This document shows, piece after piece, positions 12,073 to 25,479 of a DNA stretch of 64,000 nt. Positions within the stretch are counted from its first letter, which is position 1. Each line of letters starts with the position of its first letter. Under the pieces are notes generated by a model. The model was not told the origin of the DNA and did no database searches. It worked only from the letters and a program-made list of their open reading frames with translations. Source of the DNA: Chiloscyllium plagiosum (lineage: Eukaryota); assembly GCF_004010195.1 (NCBI RefSeq), contig NC_057728.1, positions 7,727,438-7,791,437 on the forward strand, read 5' to 3'. A program made the translations under genes and the position numbers.

Positions 12073-14235
12073 ACATCTCTGGGGAAATTGGTATCTGACA
12101 CGTACCAGCCTCATATCACATCTCTGATCCACTTACAATATGGTTCTGCACTTCAATGCTGTACTTTGGAGTCCACTAGCACCCCTCATTATAATGCTGT
12201 TGCCCAGGTATTTTCCATGCAGGGGTATGCACCCAGCTCATGGTTTGGACCAGGGTTTCTCTTGGGTCATGGTTTTCGGCAGTCATCAGTCAAGGTGGTG
12301 GACTAGTTGATGCCAATCTCAGTCATGCCAGCCCCAATGGCCAAGCTCTAAGGGGAGTAGTCCATAGTCACATCAATAGAGACCCCCTTCAAGCAAGGGT
12401 TCCTGATACAGTTAGTCAAAGGAAGCCTTCCCTCTTGGTCCAGAGCCTGGGCGCAGTCAGTCCACTGACCTATTGGGGCTTTCATGGTCGGGTGGGGGTG
12501 TATACCTGTACAATGAAGGAGTAGACTCCACTCAGTCCTGTGGGTCCTGTGCAGCTGGTCCAGGGAGTCACAGGAAGACAGTCAAGAATTGTACAGATAT
12601 TAAACAAGGGTGTGGTCACACCTCACGCTGCCTGCCAAAGTCGCTCGAGGTGGGGATGGGCCACAGTCCATCCTGGGGATTCGGACATGTGAAGTCAACA
12701 GGATGCTACCATGTGTGGGAGAGAAGTTGGAGAACTTAATTCGATTGAGTTGGCTGGGCTACAGACAAGAAGTAGGGTAGCAACTCCAAATGCATTGTGT
12801 GATGACAGAGCAGTGAATGGAGTGGTATGATGGGGCGGGGGAGAGCTCCTCAACAGTCAGCATCACCCTGGCTTCCATTGGAGCAGGGAACAGTGCACTA
12901 CTCTGCCTGCCATATTTACTCGGTCTGCCAGAGAGTAAACTGGGAAGGTGGCGATTTAGATGATTGAGTTGGGTGGCGACGTGGATACATGCAAAGCCGA
13001 CGGGTTGGCTGACAGGGCTACCAAGAAGGGTTGGTGTGTATCTGGCAGTTCACCAATAGGAAGAGGCGGAGCTGAAACTCACTGCCTGAGGAACAGGAGA
13101 CATGTTTGCTTCCATTGTGCGGTAAACACCAAGGAAATGGCTGCCAACATGCCCAGAGTTGTTGGGGATAGGCCTTCAATTTTGAGTGATGGGAGGCCTA
13201 TCAAAGGGCATTAGTTGTCATATAGTGAAACTGAAACATACCTGTGAGCACTGCAACCTCGGGCACTATCCTATTGTGTGCATCCTTTCCCCGAGCTCTC
13301 TCGACTCTGTTGATATAAAATTACAAATCTATTGCACCAATGGCTGTGATTCACACCTAATGGTTGTGGCCTGACAAGGTTGATCCTAGTTGCCAAAGGA
13401 ACAAACACGTGGTGCAGGAGCTGCTCACTTCACCCCTGGATTGGTTCCTCCTCTGGCCGGGTGCCTCCTGGCACAGCCCTGCCTCCTTCTGAAGAAGGGA
13501 CACCCAGAGTGAGGTCCTTGTCCTTCGTTTCCCCCCCCCCCCCCCGCCCCCCATCTCCATGCTATTGTAGACCATTGGAGTGCAGACCTGACTGTCCACG
13601 ACAGCAGCCAACCTGTCCATGTAGGCAGCCAGATGTTGGCATGCCTGAGGCAGAAGGGTTTCAACAGCGTTGTTGCAGTCCTGCAGCCCTTTGTGACTGG
13701 TTTTCCCAGTGCTGCTCCTAGGCATGTCAGTGAAGTTCCTGATTTCTGACACCATGGGGAGACTCCTCCTCTTCTGCCTGGGGCTGACCAGGTGCCTGGT
13801 CTCCGTCAGCCAGTGTCCTGGGGCATTTGCTCCTTGCCCAGCCGCAGAGACGTGGCAGTGAGGTCCTCCTGACTCTAATCTAGCAAAGATCCCCAGCAGG
13901 GTGTCAGAATGTGAGCTGGTGGAGGGTGCAGGAGGCTGATGTTTTGGCTGAGGAGTCGGAGCTGTCTTCCTCAGAGTCAAGGGGATGTCTGTCTTGAAGG
14001 GCCTCCCTCTTGATTGCGGAGACTAAGAAGTGAATGCATCACCCAGAAGTTCTGCCATGTTTTGAATACATGCACAGTTGGGATACTGCTGCTTGCTTGG
14101 TTGCTGAGACATCAATGTTTCAGTATCTCTATGGGACTGTTCCCTTGCCTTTGAGGCCTGAAGTCCTCTGACTGTTGTGCACCCCTATCTCCCATCCTGG
14201 CCCCTTCAGCCTCATCATGGGCTGTTTTCTTTAGG

Positions 14236-14366
14236 GAGAAAGTGAGGTCTGCAGATGCTGGAGATCAGAGATGGAAATGTGTTGCTGGAAAAGCGCAGCA
14301 GGTCAGGCAGCATCTAGGGAACAGGAGAATCGACGTTTCGGGCATTAGCCCTTCTTCAGGAATTTC
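14236..14366 (-). mobile_element. Single-arm PLE pLTR insertion, family A, with 11-bp TSD
   Basis: TTTTCTTTAGG at 14225-14235 and 14367-14377; nearly identical to the 8340 element. Confidence 0.85.
14332..14359 (-). ncRNA. Minimal hammerhead ribozyme motif with intact core
   Basis: CUGAAGA-A-GGGC uaau GCCC-GAAA-CGUC; helix III is the palindrome ACGU; helix I is weak. Confidence 0.65.
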
Positions 14367-15044
14367 TTTTCTTTAGGAAAGGGAGGAATTGAGCAAAGTG
14401 AAAGTGGGTTTCCCACTGTTATTGCTGATATAATCATGGGGTATGATGTCCTGACTGAGTCAGGTAGTCCAAGGGGCATGCAGGGTTAGTAGTGTAGGGG
14501 ATCGTGGTCGGTGTGTGAGTGAGCAAGGAAAGATGTCACAAGCAGCAGTGCAGAACCATGCATTTTGGTGGCTGCAGTTGCAGAGTGGAGTAAGTCTGGA
14601 GGAGCAGGGAGAAAATCATGGTACTTAACCTGGCAGAATGGAGCATGTTGTTGACCTCCTTTCTTCATGTCTGCAAAGAAAGATTACAAGGTGCTTGCAT
14701 GAGCTGATTGCTGATGTTGAAGGCTGAGCTCATATGCGTATGTCACTATCAGTTCTGGTGGCCCATGTTTGCATGAGGGGTGCTTTTACTCTGGAGGAAG
14801 GGCTTTAGCATCAGATGTGTGGCTGTATTTCTGCCTCCATTATACCATTTTTAAAGTGGTATGATTTTAAACTTGCCTCCATTTCTCTTCTCAAAGTTGT
14901 CTCATCAATCAAACATTGTCACACTCTTTTACCCAGTACATCCCAGTATTCCTTCTTCCCTTGTGAACTTCTAACATAAATGACATTACAACCCCAGAGC
15001 TTTTCAAAAATTGTGACCTTAGGAACAGGCTATAATTAACAGAC

Positions 15045-15328
15045 GGCACAGTGGCTCAGCGGTTAGTACTGCTGCCTCACAGTGCCAGGGGCCTGGGTTC
15101 GATTCCACTCTCTGGCGACTGTCTGGCACCTTCTCCCTGTGTCTGCGTGGGTTTCCTCCTGTTGTTCCTGTTTCCTCCCACAACCCAAAGATGTGCAGGC
15201 TAGATGGATTAGCCATCGGAAATGAGGGATTACAGAGATGGGGTCGCTGTAGGTGGGATGCTCATCAAAGGGGCAGTGTAAACTCAATGGGCTGAATGGC
15301 CTGCTTCCACATGAGGGGATTCTGTGAT
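15045..15328 (+). mobile_element. HE1-like V-SINE
   Basis: ggcacagtggctcagcggttagtactgctgcctcacag...ggttcgattcc head, V-domain and tail. Confidence 0.85.
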
Positions 15329-15862
15329 GTGAGCAGGTGCACATCACAACCTACAGATTCCAGGTTACCTGGGAGCAGTGTCATCGATGACCCTGTTCAC
15401 TGATGCTCAGCAGTTTGCGCTGTCAATTTAGACAAATCTCCTATAGATTGGAGTGGCAGATTAAAATGATTACATTATAGAGCCTGAATCATTTTCCTCA
15501 TTAACTTGGCTAAGTGGAATTCCTTGCTAGTAATCAGTGTATCAGAGTATCATTTCATTTCGGCTCGTGGCGGCCAGATGATGTTTAATTTTTATCTTGA
15601 CTTACAAAGGCAGGAAATTGAATTCCCTTCCATCTTTCCAATTTAGAAAGGATCATCTCACCCAAAGCGAATTATGAAGATGTGTTGGCATGGATGTCAG
15701 ACACAGTATAACCATAATGCTGCCTCATTATTATCGCTGAAAATGTTCTATCTGTGACATTTTTAACTGTTCAACCCACACCACATTTTTAATGTGCTCC
15801 ACCAAACTAACCTTTGACTACAAACACTCCTACAAGACAAAATCATTCACAATGATGACATA

Positions 15863-16525
15863 GGTGTCCCAGTCACTGAAGGTGAACGTGCAGGTGTAGC
15901 AGATGGTGAGGAAGGCAAATGAAGTGGGCCTCCATCACAAGAAAATTCATGAACAAAGGAAAGGGATGGCTTGTTGCAAATGTACAGGGTGTTGGTGAGA
16001 CCACACCTGGAGTCTTCTGTGCAGTTTTGGTCTCTGTACCCGGGGAAGGATGTTCTGGCTGGAGAGGGAGTACATCAAAAGTTTTCCAGAATGTATCCTG
16101 GGATGTCGGGATTGGCGTATGAAGAGAAACTGGATTGGTTCGGACTGCGTTCATAGGGGTTCACAAGAATGATCTCATAAGAACTTATCTAGTTCTAACG
16201 GGATGAGACAGTCGATGTCAATAGGATGCTCTCGATGACCGGGGAGTCCAGGACTTGGGATCATGATCTAAGAAAAAGGGGTAGGTCATTTCAGACAGAG
16301 GTGAGGAGAACTGTCTTCACCCAGAGAGTGGTGAGCCTGTGGAGTTCTCTGCCGCAGAACACCATGGCATTAAATGTTTTTGAGAAGGGATTAGCTATAG
16401 TTCTTCGGGCTGGAGGGATCAAAGGAACAGGGAGAAAGTTGGAACAGGATACTGACTTGGACGGTCAGCCATGATCAGGATAAAAGGCAGAGCAGGCTTG
16501 AAGGGCTGAATGGCCTACTCTTCCT
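15863..16525 (+). mobile_element. Older CR1 3' fragment
   Basis: YRVLVRPHLESSVQFWS; FQTEVRRTVFTQRVVSLWSSLP; tail gaagggctgaatggcctactc. Confidence 0.85.
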
Positions 16526-16594
16526 TTGGTATCGGTAACCCAGAGGAGTAGCTAAACTGAAGCTGTGCTCTCTGGAAGTGAACACAACACAATT

Positions 16595-16830
16595 ACACGT
16601 CATACAGTGTATTTTCAGGACGGTTAGGATAGTTGTACCTCATGCCCTGACCAATATCTATCCCTCAACAAATATCAGTGATTTTAAAAAACAACAATGA
16701 TTGTTATCTGGTTATTTATCTTGCTGAATTTTTCTGGGACCTTGCTGTGTGAAAGCAGGCCATGTTGCTTACATTTCAACACTGTTGAAACATTTAACAT
16801 ACTTCAGCTGTAAAATCTTTCAACACATTG
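16595..16830 (+). mobile_element. Deu-domain SINE 3' fragment
   Basis: ccctgaccaatatctatccctcaac...ttatctggttatt...gggaccttgctgtgtg blocks shared with 53230-53590. Confidence 0.5.
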
Positions 16831-17034
16831 TTGTTTCATGCTACGTTAATATTCATTCCGGTCTATATTCATTTGCATTTCTCTATTAGAATGTGAAAGA
16901 TCAGATGGAAACCCTTGCGACACTTTCACCTTCCTTCCCTCCTGTCTTCTCTTGAAGACGTTGACCCTGAACTCTGGCTGGGAAATGGGTCTGAAGCTGA
17001 CCAACACTGCGCACACTCCTGAAAATGGCCTTTT

Positions 17035-17202
17035 GATTTTATTTATTATTCTCACATGTACCGTAAAATACAGTGAAAAAGATTGTTTTACATGCTAACC
17101 TGACAAATTAAATCTTACATAAGTACACCAGGGTAATAGAACAGAATACAGAATATAGTGTTACAGCTACAGAGAAGGTGCAGAGAAAGATCAACTTTAA
17201 TG
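17035..17202 (-). mobile_element. Rex1/Babar-like LINE 3' UTR fragment
   Basis: Near-identical to 27105-27220; related piece at about 9850-9950. Confidence 0.6.
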
Positions 17203-17499
17203 TACAGTAATCGAGGTCTTGGCAACAGGCCCATGCTGCCCAGTTCTCACAATTAAACTAATCTGATTTGCCAATATATGAGAGTTCCGTTTGTAAGTCC
17301 AATTATGTGACTGATATTTGGTGATAATGGAGCTTTTCTTTTCCATATTCAGTCTCTGGATGTAGGCATTGCTGGTGAAGCCAGCACTCATTACTCATCC
17401 CCAGTTGTCTTTCAGATGTCTGTTTTGGACTCTCTTTTTATTGAGCTGCTATGATTTGTACTACTGGGGAGGAGAGCTCTCTATTATTCTCTTGTTATA

Positions 17500-18066
17500 A
17501 AGTCCTAGAGATGTACAACACAGACCCTTCAGTCCAACTCATCCATGCTGATCAGAAATCCTAAATTAATCTAGTCCCATATCCCTTCCTATTCCTTTAC
17601 CCATCCAGATGTCTTTTAAATGTTGTAATTGTACCCGCCTCCACCACTTCCTCTGGCAGATCAGTGCATACACGCATCATCCTCTGTGTGAAGACGTTAC
17701 CCCTTAGACCCCTTTTAAATCTCTGCCCTCTCACCTTAAACCTATGCCTTTTAGTTGTGGATTCTGCTACCCTGGGGGAAAAAAGACGTTGTCTATTTAT
17801 CCTATCCATGCCCCTCATGATTTTATAAACCTCTATAAGGCCACCCCTCAGTCTCCGACGCTCCAGGGAAAACAGCCCCAGCCTATTCAACCTCTTCCTA
17901 TTGCTCAAACCATCCAATCTTGGCAACATCCTTGTAAATCTTTACTGCACCCTTTCAAGTTGAACACCATCTGTCCAACAGCAAGGAGACCAGAATTGCA
18001 TGCAGTATTCCAAAAGTGACCTAACCTATGTCTTGTGCAGCTGCAACGTGACCTCCCAACTCCTAT
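17500..18066 (-). mobile_element. CR1 3' fragment
   Basis: LGLFSLERRRLRGGLIEVYKIMRG...FTQR...LPEEVVEAGTITTFKRHLD. Confidence 0.92.
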
Positions 18067-19490
18067 GCTGCTGAGGGAATGGGAATAAATTTTGGAGATT
18101 GGAGATAACTTTATTCTCAGGGGCCTGCTGCACTCTTTTTGCCAAGTAAAAATTAGCAGGAGCGCTTTATGGATTGTGCAGATAAATGCTTTCATCGCTC
18201 AGTACCTGACCTCCATGCTGGACCTATAGCTGAGATTACTTAGCATTGTTCACTAACTAGTCAGGATATTTATATTTAGCTGCATCAGGCTCTCTGTTAT
18301 GCTCTGTACAACTCCTGTACAATTAAATTGCCTGCCATTGTCTCTCATTGAATGGAGAAAGGTGAAGCTTTATTGGATGTGAATAAAAGAACCAACTTGA
18401 AGGAACAATAAGTGCTGTTTGAATGGCTTGTTGTGAGTTTGAAAGGGGTTTGGTGTACTTTCATCATGTGTTTGAAGATGAAAGGCTCGGTATGCTTTCA
18501 GCACATCAGAATTTTAGTTGTTTTTTGACAGTTACAGATATTCCATGGGTTCATAGTCAAGTTAACATGTACTCGGGAAGTAAGTGCACTGGTCATTTAA
18601 CAGCTGTGTGTGACCTTCCTTTGGGCAGATTTACATAACTAAATCTGTGGTCCCATCTGTTATCATCCTCAGGAAGCAACCAGCAGAAGGTTAACAGGAG
18701 GGACTAGTGTTGCTTTGATGGGCAGTAGTAAGTCAGTCCCTTCCCCATGTAGTGTGCCTCAGTCTACCTTGTGGAGGAACTGGTCATTGAGAGGGACAGT
18801 GGTTATTTGTAAATAGAAAAATTCACAGGGATAGAGCGAGGTAAGGCCATAGGGGTATGAAGATGAGTGAGCTTGACTAGATGTGAAACTAGAGGCGTTA
18901 TCATTTACATTAGTTTCACTGTCCAGAAGCCGTCCACCCACCGCTGCCCACCAATCCCCAGAAGATCTCCTCTTTCGTCCAGATGAAAGAGAAAAAGGGT
19001 GGAGTTTTGAAATTCAACATGCTGCACTGAAAAGAGAAATAAAGTGGGAAGTGTTATTGAGGCAGGCAGGGCGGGTCAAAAAGAGATTGCCTGACTGGTT
19101 TCTGATCTGATGTCTTTGTGGCTTTTTATTCTTTTACTTTGAGACTTCAAAGATCGTGTTTCATTGAGTATAAGATTCTTTTCTAAGCATGGTTTGTCAA
19201 GCAATGATTGATGCTGAACTGTCCTCTGAAGTGGCCCAGCAAGTCATGTAGATATCCATGTCGCAAAAATAAATACGGCAGGTTCATCGGTCCTTTCAAA
19301 ACTAAATGCTGTGGTTCTCTTCTCGAGGGATTGAAAGTGATGTTAAACTTGTAAAGGATCTTGGATGGTCCACACCCTGAGTGTATAGGCCTAGTCTCCA
19401 CATTATAAACATTGGCAAACAAAGCATTCACAATGATGACACGAGAACTGAAAGGTTATTCCAAAAGTCTAGACAGTCTTGGCTCTTTTC

Positions 19491-19735
19491 TGTAGAAACG
19501 TGGAATAATTGCTCAGAGGCCGGTATCCCGTCACCAAGTCACTCTTTATTTACATGTGCAGAGTAAATGAACTCTGACCAGCTAGCTCAGAGCTAGTCAC
19601 CAGAGTGAGAGGGCTCTCTGAATCTCCAGTTTGTATAAATGTCAGCCAGGGCTCCCTGACTGACCCAGGGTAACAACCACAAGTAAGGATCTCATAGTCA
19701 ATGCAATCCACATGGCCCTCGTTCCATTCACTATG
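19491..19735 (-). mobile_element. Probable solo LTR (Gypsy-like)
   Basis: About 245 bp, starts TGTAG and ends ctatg (degenerate CTACA); AATAAA on the minus strand; no clear TSD. Confidence 0.5.
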
Positions 19736-19759
19736 AAAAGAAAAGGCTAACTTAAGGTG

Positions 19760-20085
19760 ACCATTGAGATTATCTAAGTGCCTGATATGGTTGACATGGA
19801 GATCATGTTGCCACCTTAAGGGAAGAGTGGAACTAAAGGTAAATATGAAAGGTGGTCATTAATAAATCTATAGGATTTTCAGGCAAACGCTCTTTATCCA
19901 TAGCCATGAGAATTTATAATGTGTTACCTGAAGAAGCAGAAGAAATAAATTGCATGGTTCCATTTAAAGGGAGGTAGATAACCATGAGGGAGAAAGGAAA
20001 TGAAGAATATGTTTCTGGGATTGTTGGGTGAAGTCAAGTGGAACATGAACATGAGTGTGGACCAGTCTGTTTCTGTGTCTAGAAC
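19760..20085 (+). mobile_element. Very old CR1 3' fragment
   Basis: Decayed collinear CR1 3' blocks ending ctgtttctgtgtct. Confidence 0.45.
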
Positions 20086-21032
20086 CTACATCGGATTATT
20101 ATAGCCAGTGGCTCACTACTGCCATCCTCTTCGGGAAAATAACAATGAACAGGAATCTTGGCAGAGATGCCCAAATCAGGAGAAAGGCAAAATGAAGGAC
20201 ACGAGCAGAGAAGCAATAGTAAAGAGCTAATAAGACCATATTAAACCCAGAAAGCACATACTGCTGATGTGAAGTTGAAGCTAGGATTGCTGAAGGACAG
20301 TAATCAGGAAGAGGTTGGGGGAAGTGTGTGCATAATGCAACTTGTACATCTTAATAATATTTATGATCACGTTGGAACCATCTGTGTTTGGGAGAATGAA
20401 GGAGGAAGGGGGAAAAGCATAAATGGTACAATTAGGATCGACCCTTGGTTCAGGAACTATTACAGCTCTCAGTTACTTATCCAAATGATATTTAGCTATT
20501 CTCATGTGAGTCATCAATAATATGCCTAATTCAATTGATTGGACAGACTCATATACTGTTTACGATGGATGTCACTTTAAAGACCTGTCTCTGAGACATG
20601 CACTATCGACTTGCTTTGTGTGTTGCTATATCTGTGGAAAACAGATGACAAGATTATGCCAGTATCCACAAAAACAGACATCGTGGGGGATGGGATGAGC
20701 AGACATTTGAATGGTCGCAGGTTTCTCATGCAGGAGTCTGAAACCGCGACAGATTTGTACAGTGGACCTGCTAACATGAGGTGAAATGAGGCTGGGCTCT
20801 TGCTCTTTATTGACTGCCTATGTAGAAGCTGAGCCACAACGCTGACCATAGGACATGAAGTGGCTGCCACTGTTCTGTCAATAAAACTGTGTGGAACTAA
20901 CTGTCGATAGTAGGACAGAGTCCAAAGGAGAAGAGGATGTGGTATGAGATTGGGTCCAGACTTGACTTGGAGCTGCCTATACTGAATTAGGCTTAACTCC
21001 AAGAAATTCCGAGTCTTTATGTAAAGAAAAAG

Positions 21033-21377
21033 CATTCGGATGGGTATATGAGTAGAAAGAGTTTAGAGGGATATGCTGGCAAATGGGACTAGATTAGTTC
21101 AGGGTATCTGGTCGGCATGGACGAATTGGACCGAGGGGTCTGTTTCCGTGCTGGACATATCTATGACTCTAAAAAATGTCAACTTCGTCTCGAAGCAGAG
21201 AAGTAAACCCACCTATCGAAGGCTGTCAATTGATCGAGTTTAAGGACAGCACTCTGTGCAACCGTTTGACACCATACAAACAAGGAGCAAGCAATTGGGA
21301 TTAGATTAATTTCAGATATCTGGGTGGCATGGATGAGTTGGACTGGTGGGTCTGTTTCCGTGCTGTATAATTCTATA
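21033..21377 (+). mobile_element. Two CR1 3' tail fragments (21033-21170, 21295-21377)
   Basis: atctggtcggcatggacga...gtctgtttccgtgctg...ctatgactct, as at 4010-4125. Confidence 0.8.
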
Positions 21378-21720
21378 GTAGGCCACTCAGCCCATCAAGC
21401 CTGCTCACCATTCAATAAGATCGTGATGTGATTTTGACCTCCAGTTACATTCTTGCATTTCCCTGATAATCTTCCTTGATCATAAGACGCTATCTGCCTT
21501 TGAAGTAAAAAGTATTGAGAGATTCTGCAAACAGTGCCTTTTAAAGAAGGAAACTTGAGACTCAATCCTCTAAGAGGAAAGATATTGACTAAACTCTGTC
21601 TTAAAAGGGCGAATTTTGAACTATGATCCATATTCCTAGATTCTCCCACACAAGGAAGCATCCTTTCAACATCTTCCTGGTGAAGTCCCTTCAAGATAGT
21701 GCGTGTTACAATTAACTCAG
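21378..21720 (-). mobile_element. Older CR1 3' fragment, tail-to-tail with the preceding copy
   Basis: Reverse-complement tail gtaggccactcagcccatcaagcctgct; ORF LKGLHQEDVERMLPCVGESR. Confidence 0.75.
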
Positions 21721-22262
21721 GTCTGACCAGCACACTGTTACCCTTCCCTTCAGCACACTCGGAGGATTAGCTTGTTAGATCGAAGCAATTTCCTCTGGTG
21801 CAAGAGTCCAGAAGAAGGGTAAAATCTCTTAAATTTAGAACTAGGCCATTCAGGGTTGATATTAGGGAGCAATTCTCCCAATAAAGAGAAGTGGAAATCT
21901 GAATCCTCTCGCTAAAATGTTGTCAACACTGGAGGTCAGTTGAAAAGTACAAAACTGAGTTTGTAATGCTCAGCAAAGATAGCAAGGGACACGTAGCCAA
22001 AACAGATACACCATGTTGACATTAGAGGCAACCTGGAGAGCAGGCAAAGAAAAGCAGCTCATGGTGACTCACTGACTTCCTGACACTACTCTTGTCCCAA
22101 TCTCTGTCTGAGTAACACCCTCTGAGGAACGCCTTTTCTATGTTGTGCACCAGACACTGGAAAGACCACTGATTGGAGATACTGTACTGCTGTCTGATGT
22201 TAGGGTCTAGTGACAAAAAGATCTGACTGATTGACAGTCTGTTTTCCTTTTTGCCTTTTCAG

Positions 22263-22378
22263 AAGTGGACGTTTTGACATGAACGCAATTAACTGATGGG
22301 GCCCTGTTGAGAACAGATATCAAATGCAGGTCGCTTCCAGGGAGATCAGGAAGTGAAGAGAGTCAAGCTCACCATCTG
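22263..22378 (+). other. Candidate spliced non-coding/UTR exon (116 nt)
   Basis: ctgac branch-like motif, long pyrimidine tract ending TTTTCAG, and CTG|GTAAGA donor; stops in all three frames; not a recognised repeat. Confidence 0.4.
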
Positions 22379-25300
22379 GTAAGAAGGTTTAATGTGTTTA
22401 CACTCTCACAGCACAATGCATTTTGCATAATGTGCAAGGTCATTACCACATGAAAGCCTTGCTTGGTGACAATGGGTCAAGGTTTCATATCTGCCAACTG
22501 GCTGGCAATAGAGTGTGGTCTATATGTAGAGCACAGCCACGTCCTTTCGAAGATCTGTGTTCTTTGATCCTGATGAGATGTATCTGGAACATGTGAAGGC
22601 AACATGATCTCGGGTTGATGGAGCTTGGAAGAGAGAGACTAATTCAGTTGTGAAGCTGAAAACATCCACTGTGCTTTCTTATACCCTTTCCCTCCCAAAC
22701 CGGCCAGATACTTGAAATAAGAAAGATCAAAAGTGATGGAAGTTGGCTTTTTCTATAAATAAGATTGTACAAACATGGTGTTGATGATAGTTATGTGGTG
22801 TCATTTGAAAAGTCTCAACTTGGACCTTTTGAGATCCTCCTTGTTGGATGTTAAATGATGCGAAGGAAGAGGAGCAGGTCAAGTGGTTTAATTTCTGCTC
22901 TATGCTTGCCTTGCCTTTTCTACATGTTTTAATCCATCTCTTTCCCCATGCCTTTCATGACCAGAATTCATTGGGTCAATTGGAAGGTGATTGCAGTCTT
23001 GCCTCCCCAAGGTACGAGCTGTCACGCATTAGCCTGCCACTCTCGTGACCAATATATAATTCATAAGCCTTATCTTACGCCACACCACCCTCTACCAGCT
23101 TCCTTCAGAGCTCAAGGCTGCAGCCTCCTGATGCAGAGAGTACAATGGCACAAGAGGTACCTGCCTGATGACAGTGAGATCCCAGTTCATCGGCCAGCCC
23201 AGTACTGCCTAGGCACAGGAGAGCCTAATGGTGTCTGTTTCTAATATCTGTTTCAGGCTTGTCTTTGTCAGTGATGGAACAACTCCTCCGTGCTTGTGGG
23301 CACACATGCAAAATGGGATATCTGCAATGCAGCATCTCATGCACGCTTGTGTTTTACAATAAATTATTGACATCTTGATGCAGTAATGTGCTTAGCCACA
23401 ATCAGCAAACCACAGCCAAGCAGGTAGTTACCAGACAAACCGGAAGTGCCATTTATTGTCTCGTTTTTTTTTCAAAAATTCAAAAATAGTCTTGGAGATT
23501 CAATAGGGCAATTAAAGCTAATTTTCTGAATGGGAAAGTTTGACCTGGTTGTTAGACAAGGATTGATCGAACCACAGTCAACTCCCAGCAAGTGACCGAT
23601 GCTGCAGATAGTATTCTTTTGGCTCATCTGGGTCTAGTTTTTAATTCAAAACCATTCACTTGCACGGAGTTAAAATTAGGCTTGCATTCTGAGAGCTGGA
23701 TTTGCAGGTTTACTGTTGCAAGGTGATAAGTGGAGACGTGCATGTAGACAATTTTGTTTTCCAAAGCTCTTTACCACCAATTTAAGTAATTTTGGGTTGA
23801 TATGATGTGGGAAACATAACACCTAAGCTGTGATTAGCACACAGTGGTAGCATCCCTGCGTCAGGGCCAGAAGACTTGGATTCAGGTCCCATCTGTTCCA
23901 GAGATGTGTAAGAACACAGATTGGTTGGAAAGTGTTTTTTTGTAGCAAGCTCTGACATAATTATCATCAGGTGGGGGGTGCTTCTGGGTTCAAAGCCTCC
24001 CCAGAGGCTGAGTCATAGTCATAGAGCCCAAAACCTAGGCTGGGTCTCCAGTGAGGTACTGGGCAGTGTTGCACTGTTGGCGATGCCATTGTTGGGATAA
24101 AGCAGTATTTGAAGTAGATTGCCTCACATGTGACTTTAGGCAGCTAAGGCACTGCTGATGCCCTCAAATGGTCCTCAAATATAACGTTGATCACTTGCTC
24201 GGCTCATAACGCTTAGAGTAGACAGGCTTTCAAACAGCAATTGTTCTAATATAGTAATATCCCATAAACACACCCTTGGCAAAGGCAGATTCCGTTAAAT
24301 AGATAGTCTCACATGCAATTCTCCAGTCTATGAGGTAGGAACCAGAAAAGAAAATTCTGTCAAGAGAGAGGGGTATGGCAGCTTTCACAACCAACTTCAA
24401 AATACAGCAACTACTGAAACCTAAACTCAAGCCCCATCTCTATGGGAGCTTAACTCCACCCATTCATGCTACTTCTATTGTTCCAACTTTTTAAAAAATC
24501 CTCAAGGCCTTACAGGTTGTTTACCTCATTGGCCTGGGAGAGGCAGCTTTTCACCCATGACTCAAAACCTCCCTTTGCCCCTCTTTAAGCTTTAGTACTG
24601 CAGAAAGCACCTTTAACGTGCTATCTCAAGGGGTTTTACAGGACCTTAATTCATTTGACACAGTTTTGCAACAGTTGACACTAAGACTGGTGCCCAAGAG
24701 CTTGACCAAGGAGATTGTTTTGAAGGGGCATCTTAAAGGAGAAAAGCGAGTGGAAGCACGAGCAAGAGGGATTTCCAAAGCCCAGGTGGTTAAGTCACAG
24801 ACCCCAGTGTAAACTGCAACCTTGAGAATGGTGAATGGGAGGAATGCAGCATTTTCCAGGAGGACAATGAAATAGAGAGGGGTAAGAGCACCCCACCTCC
24901 CACCATGAAGGTATTTGATAGCAAGGATGAAAATTTGAATTAAGGTCTTGCTGGAGTTAGGGGGCCAGTGTATGGTGGCCCTAAGTATTGCATGCTCCTC
25001 AATGGGTACAGCTGGTTTTGTGGTCTGCAAAACAGCCTTGACTAGAATTCGCTATTCTAGGCCCTTCGTGGGGAAGGGTTTTTGAGTTTCAGAAATCTGC
25101 AGAAGCAGAAGGGGTTCTCCTATGCCACTGACCTCTGCTCACTGTGCTGCTGTGCACACAGTAATTTTCCAAGCAGATTGGACTTTTGCCAGGGCCCTGG
25201 TCTGCTTGCTCTGTGAAGCCCTGGACCAAATGGGCTGTTCCTCTCCAGTGTTTTGAACATTGTCATTTGTTAGCCGTGAAAATATCAGTGTTGAGGAGAA

Positions 25301-25479
25301 AAGGCCGTTTACCTGTCTGCCAAAAACCAATTGGTCACAGCATCAAGAACTTCAACCATTGCGCGAACATCAGTATTTCTCGAGGGCAATTGGGTGTGGG
25401 CAATAAATGTTGGACCAGCCGGTGGTGATCGTGATTCACGATCAAATTTTAAATTGATATTCTGACTTTGAGATGCTCG

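Larger units (their letters stand above)
13357..14672 (-). pseudogene. Decayed intron-containing Myb/SANT-like (Harbinger accessory) gene
   Basis: 14672-14629 encodes *RKEVNNMLHSAR followed by a donor-like site; next exon (14232-14170) KKTAHDEAEGARMGD; then an S/T/P-rich ORF with PSTSSHSDT and MDRLAAVV. Resembles recalled motifs QCRKxxNDLxRSAR | EKxAHNxxERxxTGGG. Confidence 0.55.

Noticed and set aside
15045-15115. tRNA gene
   Set aside because: tRNA-like head continues into V-SINE body; the same holds for all other copies.
22263-22378. Selenoprotein exon (one frame has a single TGA)
   Set aside because: Peptide resembles no selenoprotein I know and no SECIS is evident; chance is more likely.
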